Assembly: GCF_003918875.1 (NCBI RefSeq)
Contig: NW_025767121.1
Coordinates: forward strand, 372,001 to 436,000
Direction: 5' to 3'
Source of the DNA: Haliotis rubra
Taxonomy: Eukaryota
Length of the DNA: 64,000 bases
Positions within the stretch are counted from its first letter, which is position 1; each line of letters begins with the position of its first letter. This document shows, piece after piece, positions 39,664 to 51,782 of this stretch. The notes under the pieces are model-generated. The model ran no database searches, had not been told where the DNA came from, and was given only the letters and a program-made list of their open reading frames with translations. Made by a program: the position numbers and the translations under genes.

Positions 39664-41157
39664 TACTGAACCGCAAAAGAAACGCGATTTTCAAAACCAA
39701 ATGCAAAATTTTGTTCTTGTGATTGTACCGTTTTGTTAGCTTGTTTCTCAATCCAAATTGACAGTTATTACCAACATCAGTGTGTTTTCTGGTGAAAAAG
39801 CATATCGAGCAAACGTACCCAACAAGACAGACGTGGTAAAAGGTTCCGTATGACATTCGTGAAAATGAAAATGCATGTGCATGTCGTGACAACCCTACCA
39901 ATGAAAGCGAGTCCCAAACTCGCCTGAAATCATTCTTGTGTTGACACAATCGCCATACCACGACTTACGAGAGATGAGAGGTACCAAGCCTTTGGACCAT
40001 TGCAAGCTTGCCAGGCTGCACGGAGGGTAGCCAATCATTTTAATTTCCATTTTAGGACAATCTACCGACTGCAGGAACGGTATCAGGCCACTAATAGCAT
40101 CCCAGACCGTCCACGCAGTGGACGACCAGCAGTAACATCAAAACGTCAAAACCGACATATTGTACGCAATCATCTGCACAATAGCTTCACCAGAGCCACG
40201 GAAACAGCTCGCCAGACCATTGGGACTCACAAGAGACCCATTAGTGCCGATACATTGCGTCGACGTTTGCGCGAAAGAAACCTCTGCTGTTACAGACCAT
40301 GTCGAGGTCCTGTCCTCATCGCTCGTTACCGCCCAAACCGACTGCAATGGGCAACTCAGCATCGAAATTGACGTTATCGAGAATGGAGAACTGTGCTTTT
40401 TCTGATGAAAGCCGATATTGTGTTTCTACAACCGATGGCAGAGTGAGAGTATGGCGAAGGAATCGGGAACGGTTTTCCAATGCGTGTATTGTTGAAAGAG
40501 ACTCGATGGGTGGTCCAAGCATCATGGTGTTGAGTACAATCGAGTTGGCCCCGTGGTGGTCCAGAATCACGGTCCAGGACGAGGAAATGGCGTGACAGGT
40601 TCTCGCTATACTGATCAAGTCATTAGACCCCACGTTGTACCACATTTTGAACGTCGCAGAAATCACATCTTCCTGCAAGACAACGTTCGTGCCCACACTG
40701 CCAGGGCAACACTGGACTTCCTAAGACAACATGGCATCCAATCCCTTCAATGGCCTGCACTTAGTCCGAATATAAGTCCAATAGAACACCTTTCAGACGA
40801 GATTCCAAGAAGACTGAATGACCTTCAACCAAGGCCGACAACTCCGGCTGGACTCGATCAGGCATTAAACAGAGTACGGACCAAAGTGCCTATGGCCTTC
40901 AACAACCGGCTAATTCATTCCATGTACAGACCACGCAACGCCGTCATCGATGCCCATGGAGGCCAACACTATACTGACTTTGAGGTATCTTAGTGGGACC
41001 ATTTTTGGTGAATTTGTTTGTGTGAACTCTAAATGTGATTCCCGAACATGATTGTAAAGTTTAAACGCAATCCTCCGTTTTGATTGTTAATTAGAGCGAA
41101 TTAATGTGAGTGGTTTAAGAAACCTCTATCGTTTCGCGTTTCTTTTGCGGTTCAGTA
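39664..41157 (+). mobile_element. Full-length decayed Tc1 (DD34E) element
   Basis: TIRs tactgaaccgcaaaagaaacgcga at both ends, TA flanks, about 1.5 kb. Confidence 0.93.
39955..40993 (+). pseudogene. Tc1 transposase pseudogene (DD34E)
   Basis: Start mutated to ATA (PRLTRDER..). DRPRSGRP, FSDESRY and FLQDN...WPALSPNISPIEHL are present, with 34 residues between D and E. Stops and frameshifts split it across ORFs 40000, 40299 and 40553. Confidence 0.92.
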
Positions 41158-42085
41158 TATATGGTCAGCTTTAAGAATTTGACATTGGTGGTGTCCCTCT
41201 CAGTTAAATAGCAGGAATATTGCTAAACGTGGCCTAAACCATATTCACTCGCATATATAATTTACAATTCAGGACGGAAGACCTATTATTGCATCGCAAT
41301 CGTTAAAAAATACCAACTAGATAAGTTTTGCCACATTTGTACAACAGAAGACCAATTAGTATCTGTATTGCCATCGTTATGAAACATACCCACTGTCTGA
41401 GTACTGCCATATTTACAGAACAGAAGACCTATCTTATTAGGCATCTGATTACTTAATAGAAAGGAAGATCTTTCCCAGCGGACGCGACACATTGCAGAAA
41501 TTGCATTTCCTTGACATTTGACTCAAATGTCACACACAATACCACTCGAAATGCCAAAAGAGCCTATTGTTCCAAGGCGGAAATTCCGGCACAGGAAGGA
41601 AACGAGCTTCTGTATGTGGGAGAGTGTCAAGATGACAGTTTTCACTATCTGACCACCAAGGTTATAAAAGGCCATTGCTACGTTAGGGGTATTTTTAAGC
41701 TTCATATAATGAGCGCTTAAGATCGGAACCGTTTCTAAAGAGTTCTTTTGAATCTCTGTTATTACAGCAGGCGTAGATAGGGCTCTCGTTTACCGGCAGA
41801 AAATGAACGTTCTGTATCAATAGATACAGTGGAGATCGATTGTCCAGGCTGAAATACAAACAGCTGATAGTTTAGTAAAACAGCAATTATGGAAGACGGA
41901 ATCTGTGAATGGTTCTAAATTTAAAAGGAAAGGAATTTATAGTTGTAAATAGGCACCTTTCCAATGAAATTCAAATCACAAAATCCTTGCTTTTGACGTA
42001 ACAGATGAAGACGTATAGAATTCCTGTCGGTAAATTTCAACTGGTATAATGCTGTTTGGAAATTCTAGATGTGTGTTGGCAGAAG

Positions 42086-42241
42086 AGTGAGTGAGGCTTT
42101 ACGCCGCTTTTAGCAATATTCCAGCAATATCACGGCGGGGACACCGGAATGGGCTTCACACATTGTACCCATGTGGGGAATCGAACCCGGGTGTTCAGTG
42201 TGACGAGCGGACGCGTTAACCACTAGACTACCCCATCGCCT
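42086..42241 (-). mobile_element. SINE family A
   Basis: Full reverse-complement match to family A. Confidence 0.9.
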
Positions 42242-42392
42242 CTGTAGACAGAAGAAATATTATACAGTATATTTATACAGTCGTATTAATAGTTCATATC
42301 ATTGTAAGAAGTCCTTATGAATTTCTGAAATTCGGGAATAAGGGGACATCATGTCAGTTGCAGAATTGTTCGATCATTTTCTCCCCACTATA

Positions 42393-43305
42393 TACTAAAC
42401 GCCAAAAGAAACGTTACCCTCCTTCCTTCATGAATTTCTGAAAATCTACTCAAGTGAGGATGAAACTTTCTGCTGTATTGTGATGCCCGAACGTCCACTT
42501 CTTGGTCTGTCTACGGTGACCCCAGTCTGTCTGGAGCGCTGAATAAGTCTTATAACCGTGATACGGTGGCATCCGAGGGCGTTGGCAACAGCATTGTACG
42601 TCGACCCCCATCTGCAACATCTTAATGGCTTTCTCTCTCTTCAGCTGTTAATCATGGCATATTTCTCGTACTTGTGTATCATATCATGCATTCTAGGCTC
42701 TCTTTATACCCTATAGAATCATTCTACAGGTGAAATTGATGCACATACTGCTTTAATATTGCTGCTTTTTGGCGATTGATATTGCTATGTGTAAACAGAA
42801 AATGGAAAAATGTTCCTTTGAAAATCAAAAATGTTAACAAAGATATATTTTAGGTGTTCCTAAACACTTTTCACAATATCAAAGAAGCGTTGTACTTGTT
42901 TTCACTTATGCAAATCAGCAGAAAATGTTTTAAAAGACGGAAATCATAGGAATGAATCTTTAATAATTTTACACACTCTACAACAGTTGTTTCTTGTTTT
43001 AATAGTTGAACAAATGTGACTTTAAATGGTTTATCTTTGTCTCAAAGCAGAATTTTATTTCAACATTTCTTTTGGACACCTCGCTGTTATTGGTTTATTT
43101 CGGCATGGTCGAAAACAGGACACATGAACTCCTCTGAAAAAGATGCATTTCACCTGACTATGAATGCATTTGAGAACTGTTTTCGTGATTTGCATAAAGG
43201 TGTGTTGTTAAGCTTTCTTGTAAACTAATACCTTCTAACATATCTTTGATAGTTTTTAAGTAATTCATAATGGTAGGAGAGTAACGTATCTTTTGGCGTT
43301 TAATG
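42393..43305 (-). mobile_element. Non-autonomous Tc1 derivative
   Basis: TIRs ctaaacgccaaaagaaacgttac / gtaacgtatcttttggcgtttaa with TA flanks. The minus-strand remnant at about 42465-42660 reads like a Tc1 N-terminus (ANALGCHRITVIRLIQRSRQTGVTVDRPRSGR). Confidence 0.85.
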
Positions 43306-43876
43306 TATATAGATAGTTTCGCACACTCGGTTTATTCTTCCGGGTACCCCTTTTTGAACAGAGAACCTGTGTTTAAGCACTGGACTGAAATAAGGGTTTC
43401 TTGCCTTCAGCTGATTTGTGAGAGTTGTTTCGCTCAGAACACATGCTACGTCAGAGCTGTTTGTGTAGGTTTGACCTTGGCGACGAGTGGACAAGAGACA
43501 TTTAAATGTCAAGGATTTCCGGAAGGTTGCCATTATTTAGACTGACAGTAATGCGGAAGTAATTGAAAAATGTATTTATGTCGTGGTGAACTTTCCATCA
43601 CCGTAGAGACTTGTGGAGTTGAGGGGGGAATATGTGATAAACGACAGTGCTGAATGTCAGGCAAAGATATACTGATACTTTATATCATAACTGTTGATAT
43701 GCAGGTGATGACGTTCCTGACATATTTTAAAATTATTGCAGGTAATCAGTTTGAACATTACGAATTACAAATCATAACATGTTTTGTCTGTTTCTTGTTC
43801 CAACTGTCTGAAAATCATTGTGGCAAACCAATTTATTTGATCCAATCGTTTGGGCTGAGATCACACACACTCTTCC

Positions 43877-44007
43877 AAATTCCAGCAATATCCCAACAGT
43901 GGGCACTGGAAATGGGCTTGAACACATTGTACCCATGTGGGGAATCGAACCAGGGTCTTCGGCGTGACACGCAAACGCTGTAACCATTAGGCTACCCAAC
44001 CGCCCCT
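43877..44007 (-). mobile_element. SINE family A, tail lost
   Basis: Reverse-complement match to the head and body. Confidence 0.85.
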
Positions 44008-45569
44008 CCACTGCAAGAAGAACCAAGGAAAGCCGGAAGTGATGCGTGTATCAGATGCTGGCCACTTGCTCAAGAACATGTGAGGACAAACCTGGAAACA
44101 TAATTCTGCCGTACTGGGTTTCAAACCACCAGTCACTGGTTCCTGGTGTGCCCAAGGGACGCAACACTGTACAGCTAATGCATGTGCCGCCCGTGTTCCA
44201 CACATTATTAACATGAGGATCAAAGTATGATAATAACAAATGACATTCTGTAACATGATGCTGGAAGTAATCCCATAAATGATAATAATAGAACAAAACA
44301 CATCACCAGTATGGAATATCAGTATGGAGAATATCACTGAGTGTGAGTGAGTGACTTGGGTTTAACCCCGCTTTGAACAGTATTCGGTTACACCACTGTT
44401 TGTCTGCTAAATATTGAAAGAAAAAACGAAGTGATGCTGATCTCTGACGTACACCCCCTTTGAGATGTCCATAAGCACTTGTATGGTGCTGACAACAAAA
44501 TTAACATAATCGGGACGAAACGGGAGTCGAACCCACAGTACCAAATAATGTATTTTTGCTCAGTGTTTAGATATCTGTCTTTCATCCCTGTCCCACGCAA
44601 ATCTAAATGTGCTGTTCAAAATATGATAGTTACAAATGACATTCTATTATCTGATGCTTGAATCAATGAATATAACAAAACACATCACTTATCCTCTATC
44701 TTCAGTGTATGCTGGCGAATCTAAACAATACCACATCAACGAGTACCCATCATGGAACGCGTCTGCCATCTCGTTAATCACTTCCGGTCCAAGCCTTCGT
44801 TCACCAGACAATAGCTCTGTCATCGTAACGCTGGTTAAACGTTGCTAATATCCTCACAAGACCCATGTTTTTAAAGGTCGCCTCTCCTGCAATATATAGA
44901 TGGCCGAAGCCCGCGACACAAGGACCTGAATGTATTGACCCGGTATTGCATTAGCTGTCGGGACGATGGTTTAATAACTGCTGGCCTCAAAGCAGGACTG
45001 GTCTGGAAATAAACCCATGTTGATCTAGGGTTGTTATCAGCTCTTGTTTCGTGGTCTCTCATTTCTATGTGGCTCCCACGGGCCTCTTCCTGCTTCAAAG
45101 CGCTGGCCGTTAAAAGAGGCTGATGTTACCTGGGGAATGTAGTGATGTCCCATGTGTCTGGAGTGGTGCAAGTTGTCACTCAAACAACAATCTACATAAC
45201 ACGTCATGAAGCGGTATTTATATTTGAAACGTATGCTGACGGGAATCAGTTCGGGAGATTTATTTGTTAATAACCATATACTCATGTAATATTGAAATAC
45301 ATTTATGTTTCGCTTGTGATATATAGTAATTACTGAAATCCCTTCCACTTGAACTCCGTAACCGAGCTCGTATCAAAACAGTTCTGACACATATTCAGAT
45401 GTATGCATGGCCTACATAAGTGTTGCTTTATGGTATTTCATATCTAAATTGCAATCTTACGTTTTAACAATCAAGATGTATATATATTTATGTTCGATTT
45501 GGTTTTATATGTTATGCCCATTAAGGGGAGGTAGGGCAGCCTAGTGGTTAAAGTGTTCGCTTGCCACCT

Positions 45570-45830
45570 TTGTTATCTTAATCATGCCTGGATTAGCGAT
45601 CCCTGGCTTCCACTTGTCCATCTATCAATTAACTACTGGTTTCCCTCGTTATCTCATAACTGTTGTTGTTTTAACATGTACATATATAACTGTCTGTTCC
45701 TTATTGTTTCATTCACCTGATGAAGGAGTAAGAATATACTTCGAAACGTCGTGACCCATCACAATAAAGAAGTTGAGATCCATAAAATGTTTGCCTTTAT
45801 ATGCATCACTTCTAAATGCTCTTCAAAGAC
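45570..45830 (+). mobile_element. Penelope-like element pseudo-LTR remnant
   Basis: TATA-like tatataa, a hammerhead-like core, then aataaa. Follows a truncated SINE A head at 45527-45568. Confidence 0.6.
45713..45754 (+). ncRNA. Minimal type I hammerhead ribozyme motif
   Basis: tcac-CTGATGA-a-ggagta(agaata)tacttc-GAAA-cg-TC-gtga: stem I tcac/gtga, stem II, palindromic ACGT stem III, GUC cleavage triplet. Confidence 0.6.
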
Positions 45831-47189
45831 TCAATTTATTTATTATTATTATGAAAAGGTGAACGTAACCTTTCCATTCTGCAGCACCGGTCACAAATAC
45901 ATGCAAAGGAAAGTCAAATGTTCATCTAAACAAACATGGTGACAAATTGTAAGTCAGTATAGGAAAATCATTTCACCAATTTGGGGAATGTCGTCCAAAT
46001 GTCTACCCTAAAACATAAACAACATATCAGTTAAGGCTTCATAGCAGTTACCTTCTTAAACACCAATTGAAATTGATATGACTCGCTTTGAAATATTTGC
46101 AGGCAGCTTGTTCTCAAATATCTTTATTTACATACATTAACACGTACATAAACACGTAGACATAAATTCAGTAAGTGGCACCAAGTGACTTCCTTCAAAT
46201 CTTCAGTTACAGTGACTCAAGAATTCGTAAAAAGTCATTTCATCTTTAAAGATGCTCTGAAAAGAGGCTTCGTTCTAACTTGCTCCCGTTAACGGAGAAA
46301 GGAGGAAGTCGCGCGATCAGAATGACCAGCTTGCATACCCCAAGGCAGTCGGAAATCGGTGAGAAAAAAATTAATGCATTGATTAGGTTCTATCTTTTAA
46401 TTATGACAGTTATATGACGCTTACGTCTTCCCACAATTGCTTCCGGACGCATCACTTACTTTTCTTCCCAATTTGCTTCAATCATTTCACTATTCTGAAT
46501 ATTATCGTGCAAAACGTGACACGAATACTAGCTGTTTGTTAAACTAAACCCAGATTGAAACAATCGACAAATGAATGTCACTTGTGCATCAGTTCCTGCC
46601 AGTTAAAACGTGAATCATTTAGATCGTATTTTTGAAGGTGTCAATCGGTCGTGATGAGAATTATAATTTGAAAAAGATTACCAACTATCACTCTTCCCGT
46701 GAGCAGGAACAATGACTGTTTTGTCAATGAGCACATTTGTTGCACAATTACATAATTGTTTTGTTTCAGATATAAAACGTCAGCATCCGAGAATAACAAA
46801 TCTCGATTATTCCCCGAAACTTAATCCCTTTGGCGTCAAAGGAAAAGTAGCATTGAAAATTATATGAACATTTCCCAGAAAAGCTGACTTTGTTGTGAAT
46901 TGCAAATCGGTTGTTACAGGTGTTTTGGTCTCAGTTTGCCATACTGGGACACGGCTTCTGTTTTATGAAGTGAAATTTTGATTCACGTGATGCTGAAATG
47001 CGACTTCCATTGATCATAATGTTTTGCCGACCAACATCCTTTCGCCTTGCTGTACTGACCTCTCAAACCCTTTATGTACTTTCTTGAGACATATGTGATT
47101 GATCTATATATCTGTCACCAGATATGTATGTATATATTTATCAAAAGTGAAAAAGTTGAGTAACACTTTTGAGGGAAATCAAACAGCAG

Positions 47190-47258
47190 ACGCATAGACA
47201 CGCGCACAGACACACACACACACACACGCGCACGCATGCACGCACGCGCAGCACACAC
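47190..47258. repeat. Compound (CA)n/(CGCA)n microsatellite
   Basis: Seen directly in the sequence. Confidence 0.85.
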
Positions 47259-47557
47259 GTTTCTAAGTTCAGTTACGTCTTAAACAAAGATTATATGACT
47301 GTATTCACCGGATGGGTACTTCTGAAATGTTGAGCTCTTAAATGTCTTTGACACATTTTTTAATTTTATGTAAGAGATCGGAATGTTCGGTATGTCAGCA
47401 TACTTCCGGTGTGACAGTTCCACGTTCCAGAGAATAGATTCCATATGGCACAAAAAGGCAAAGTAGGGTTGATATGATGTGATCTGATCGCTGAAAACCT
47501 GGGACGACCTGAGGTGTCGAACTGCTAGTGCGAACTACTCGCAAAATTTGTGTAAAT

Positions 47558-47930
47558 GGTGGTGTGTGGTCCTGTGCATAGAGCCCAGGTCACAAATCAG
47601 TTGAAGTTAAGCAACGCTGGGCGCGGAGAGTCTTTGGATGGGTGACGGTGTTTGACATCTTGACTCCTGAGAGTTTCCAGGAGGTATGTCCTGCCCCACA
47701 ACGAAGCACACGAGAGACATGTGGTATCAACATAGGCAAGTGAGTTTGTTCAAGAATTGCCTCTGTTCACCCAGCAGTGAATGGGTACCCGGTGGGATAA
47801 GTCATATGACTGTTGTCCTCCTAGCGCCCCACAGACAGCTTGGGTTATCCGGGGTAATAATGTGCTAGCGTTTTGAGTATGCACAAGTGCGTGAAAACAG
47901 GCGTTTTATAAAATGCCATTAAAATTATCA
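47558..47930 (+). mobile_element. 5S rRNA-derived SINE (family C)
   Basis: gaagttaagcaacgctgggcgcgg..tttggatgggtgac head plus Deu-like core. Aligns to 25548. Confidence 0.8.
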
Positions 47931-48533
47931 TTAAAGGCACTATTCCCCACCACACTTCTCTAAAAATATAAAATGCATTTCTCTCAATATCAACCCTCAG
48001 AGAAGCTACCATTTAATTTATTCCTTAAAAAAATACGTATTTAGAATACAATACTGAATTAAAACGTTCGAATGAATTAATGCAACGTTGCATTAAATCG
48101 ACTCTCGAGCCCTCTACCGGCTGAAGATTATTTCAAGCGAACCACCCTGGAACGCTCTTTACCAATATCCAAAGCACAAATTGTGATTGACACGAGTTCG
48201 GCAAACACCGACAACACCGCATGCGACAGTTTTCGATGTACGGAGCGATTGTTTATACATAGCCATTGTTATTATGTGTGTGTTGCCTGAAACTTTTAAA
48301 CGTTATAGTGCACAGTTTATGCAACACACAACCTCTCAGTTGCAACCTCAACCAAAGGTACTTTTGGTATATCTCGTTTATGTATATTTCAGTTCGCCCA
48401 CTCTGAGGTTCAACACATGGACGAGAAACCCAGAAAATAACCAGGATGGTATTAGGGCAGTCTACGGGCACTTTGAGCTCTGTGATAGTCACATTTCTTC
48501 ACTGATACTACAGGAACATCCAGTAGACCGAAG

Positions 48534-48890
48534 ACCGCCTCCGTGGTGTAGTGGTGAGAGCGTCCGCCCGGAGAGCGGAAGGTCGCGGGTTCGATCCCCG
48601 ACCGCGTCATACCAACAGACGTTAAAATATGGTACTTGTTGGTCCCTGCCTGGCGCTCGGCACTAATGGGTACAACAAGGACTGGTCGGCTCGGAGTCAG
48701 TATAATGTGTCTGAGTGGGGTATTCATGCTTCACTGCGGCATGGTATCTCAGTGGGCTAGCACTATAAAACCAGCTTAAGTCTGGGCTAGTACAAGCAGC
48801 CGCACATACACATACACACGCATGCACGTCGTCATATGAGCGAAATATTCTCAAGCACGACGTTAAACCCATTTTCACCTCACCTCACCT
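48534..48890 (+). mobile_element. tRNA-derived Meta-domain SINE (family E), young
   Basis: Box A and box B, Meta-like core ggactggtcggctcggagtcagtataatgtgtctgagtgg, (cacct)n tail, TSD cagtagaccgaag. Confidence 0.93.
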
Positions 48891-49346
48891 CAGTAGACCG
48901 AAGAACCTTCACGCAGGTGGTAATCACAGTATTGTGGCTGCATAGCAACTGTTTAAATGTGTTCGAGTCAGCCCGATTTAACGAAAAAAATACCCAATCC
49001 TTTGTGGTCTCTGAGCATTACAAGCATTACGGTCTTCGTGGTCTGGCGTGTACCGGTTGGATTGTTAAAGCCAGCCAGGGACATAAAGTCGGGTCATGTT
49101 TGTCATGAACTCTATTCCGCATGACATTCAGCGCACGCACACGTTCGGGCCGTCTCCTTAGAAAGTCGATAATAGGGGCGCTTTATCCAGCACGTAAATG
49201 TCGTCTTCATTATTGGAGGATGACATTCTCTCACAAACATGTTTAAGCTCTTGTTATTCACTGATTTGATATAGGCTATTCGATGTTGTAAACAGGAGAC
49301 CGCCTCTATGTGCATAGAGAGAGTTTGTTTGGAGTGTTGAACTGAG

Positions 49347-49665
49347 CTGGGCTGAGTATGGTTTTACGCCGTTGTTAGCAATATTCCAGCAATATCACGG
49401 CGGGGGACACCAGAAATGGGCTTCAAAAGTTGGAGCGTTGAAGGTCGGTTGTTCGATCGCCGTCCGTGTCATACCAAATGACGTTAAACGATGGTACTTT
49501 TTGTTTCCTTGCCTGTGCATCCTGTACAGACGCAGGGTTGAACTGATGGGAAACAGCTGAAAGTTTCCAGATTATCCGGGTTAGAATCGGTCTACAGTAA
49601 CCCATGCTTGTCATAACAGGCGACTAACGGGATCGGGTGGTCAGACTCGCTGACTTGGTTGACAC
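49347..49665. mobile_element. Cluster of SINE fragments (A minus, E plus, B plus)
   Basis: A tail at 49347-49425, Meta-type fragment at about 49433-49520, B 5' part at 49568-49665. Confidence 0.7.
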
Positions 49666-49779
49666 ATAAAAGGAAACACACAAGGAATTGTTTTTCGATA
49701 CGGGTACCATAGCGACATCTTAAGCATTATAATAATAAGCACTTCACAACATGTGATCGTATCCCAATTACCGTATGAA

Positions 49780-50027
49780 GACCCGTGAAGATCCGGGTTA
49801 GAATGAACCTTCAGTAACCCATGCTTGTCGTGAGAGGCGACGAACGGGATCCGGTGGTCAGGCTCGCTGTCTTGGTTGACACATGTCATCGGTTCCCAAT
49901 AGCACAGATCGATGCTCATGCTGCTGATCACTGGATTGTCTTGTCCAGACTCAATTATTTACAGACCGCCGTCATATAGCTGGAATATTGCTGAGTGCGG
50001 CGTAAAACAACAAACAGACAAACAAAC
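49780..50027 (+). mobile_element. V-domain SINE (family B)
   Basis: Full match to family B with a (caaa)n tail. Confidence 0.9.
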
Positions 50028-50524
50028 CCTGTACAAATACACGGGTAAACTACTGTGTGACAGTCGAACGGTTCATGCACAGATTAAACCATGGTATTAC
50101 AGATGAAAGTTTCATTGACAGGTAAACGGGAAAACAATGGTTTCATGTATAGATGCACGTATGATCAATTGTGTTGCAGATTTCATGTACAGGGAGAACG
50201 TTTGTGTAATAGTTCGAAAATTTCATGTTTCCATCCACGGGTGAAGTGAGGTGAAATTGGGTTTAACGTCGTGCTTGAGAATATTTCGCTCATATGACGA
50301 CGTGCATGCGTGTGTATGTGTATGTGCGGCTGCTTGTACAAGCTCAGGCTTAAGCTGGTTTGATAGTGCTAGCCCACTGAGATACCATGCTGCAGTGAAG
50401 CATGAATACCCCTCTCAGACGGTTGTACCCCATAACCCATACATGCCATTACCCCTACACCCCAGTACCCCTACAATTAGTTAAAACAACCAAGGCATTT
50501 ACCTGTCTGGCATAATGGACTGAC

Positions 50525-50872
50525 CCAAGGAGAGATTAGTGCATAGAGTATACAGATGAGATCAAGGAAGGGATTAGTGCATAGAGTATACAGATAAGAT
50601 CAAGGGAGGGATTAAGCTGTTGTTTAGTGTTTTGTGTCAAGGAAATTTGGGATCAGCTAAAAGTTGATTAGTTTCATGATGAAAGATAAACCTCTAGTGA
50701 GTAGAACAATTTTACAAATTGGATAGTGTTTTGTGTCAAGGAAATTTGGGATCAGCTAAAAGTTGATTAGTTTCATGATGAAAGATAAACCTCTAGTGAG
50801 TAGAACAATTTTACAAATTGGATAGTGTTTTGTGTCAAGGAAACTTGGGATCAGCTAAAAGTTGATTAGTTA
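50525..50872. repeat. Internal tandem repeats (short duplication at 50525-50615; about 120-bp unit x2+ at 50626-50872)
   Basis: gattagtgcatagagtatacagat occurs twice; tagtgttttgtgtcaaggaaatttgggatcagctaaaagttgattag occurs three times. Confidence 0.85.
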
Positions 50873-50944
50873 CAATTTGTGTAGGTTGTTAAATGTTGAA
50901 ATTAAGTTGTTTTAGTGCCAGGATGAAAGATACACAGTAATATT

Positions 50945-51600
50945 GAAACCCAGTCTTAGGACCCCTAATGTTCATAATGTATATTAATGATATTGTAGAT
51001 GATATTGCTAGTAATATTAGACGACACGTCTCTATACGTTATAATTGATGATCCTGACATAGCTGCAGACTGTTTAAATAATGACTTATTAAGAATTTCA
51101 AATTGGGCCAAAGAATGGAAGGTTTCATTCAATCCTAACAAAACAAAATCAATACAGTTCAGTAGAAAACTAAATAGAAGCATTGAACCTGATCTTACAA
51201 TGAACGATGTGATAACCAAGACGTAGATAATCATAAGCATCTTGACCCTTCAAAATAATTGTTACTGGGATATTCACATAAACTCCAGATAATGCCAGAT
51301 CATTTCTACCTGATACAATAAAACTGTGGAAATCCCTAAGTTCGGAAATTCAAAATATTGATACTTTATCCCGATTCAAAAACTCGATATTAAGACAATA
51401 TAACAAAACTATTATTTTTTATCTAAACTGATTTGATTTGAATGCTGATAGGTTTGATTGACATCATCGACAGCCCCTCGTGCTCATGTGGACATCCAGT
51501 CGAAAATGCTGTGCATTATTTCTTTACATGCAATAAATACACGGAATTAAGACAAAAATCATATTTCTATTTAAAGGGGTTTAGTATCAACAATTTACTA
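50945..51600 (+). pseudogene. CR1/L2-group LINE ORF2 fragments (RT and C-terminal Cys/His region), internally deleted
   Basis: VLGPLMFIMYINDIV, DDTSLY..NNDLLRISNWAKEWKVSFNPNKTK and CSCGHPVENAVHYFFTC. Confidence 0.85.
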
Positions 51601-51782
51601 TGGGTATCAACACTGTACTATGGGTATCAACACTGTACTATGGGTATCAACACTGTACTATGGGTGTCAACACTGTACTATGGGTATCAACACTGTTCTA
51701 TGGGTATCAACACTGTACTATGGGTATCAACACTGTACTATGGGTATCAACACTGTACTATGGGTATCAACACTGTACTATG
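51583..51782. repeat. 20-bp minisatellite, about 9-10 copies
   Basis: Unit tgggtatcaacactgtacta. Confidence 0.96.

Larger units (their letters stand above)
17100..43560 (+). repeat. Tandem segmental duplication, about 3 diverged units
   Basis: Collinear paralogous blocks: 17120/25215/37010; 18167/38912; 19580-20800/29320-30900/41320-42090; 21520/31660; 22560-24780/35100-36900; 24000/35960/43440; 25950-26760/37300-38230; 28750/38240. Confidence 0.9.

Noticed and set aside
43987-44337. Secreted Cys-containing peptide ORF
   Set aside because: The hydrophobic start is expected from AT-rich DNA, the ORF ends inside a SINE, and I see no homology or splice support.
47558-47660. 5S rRNA gene
   Set aside because: Only the internal control region resembles 5S, and it continues into a SINE body.
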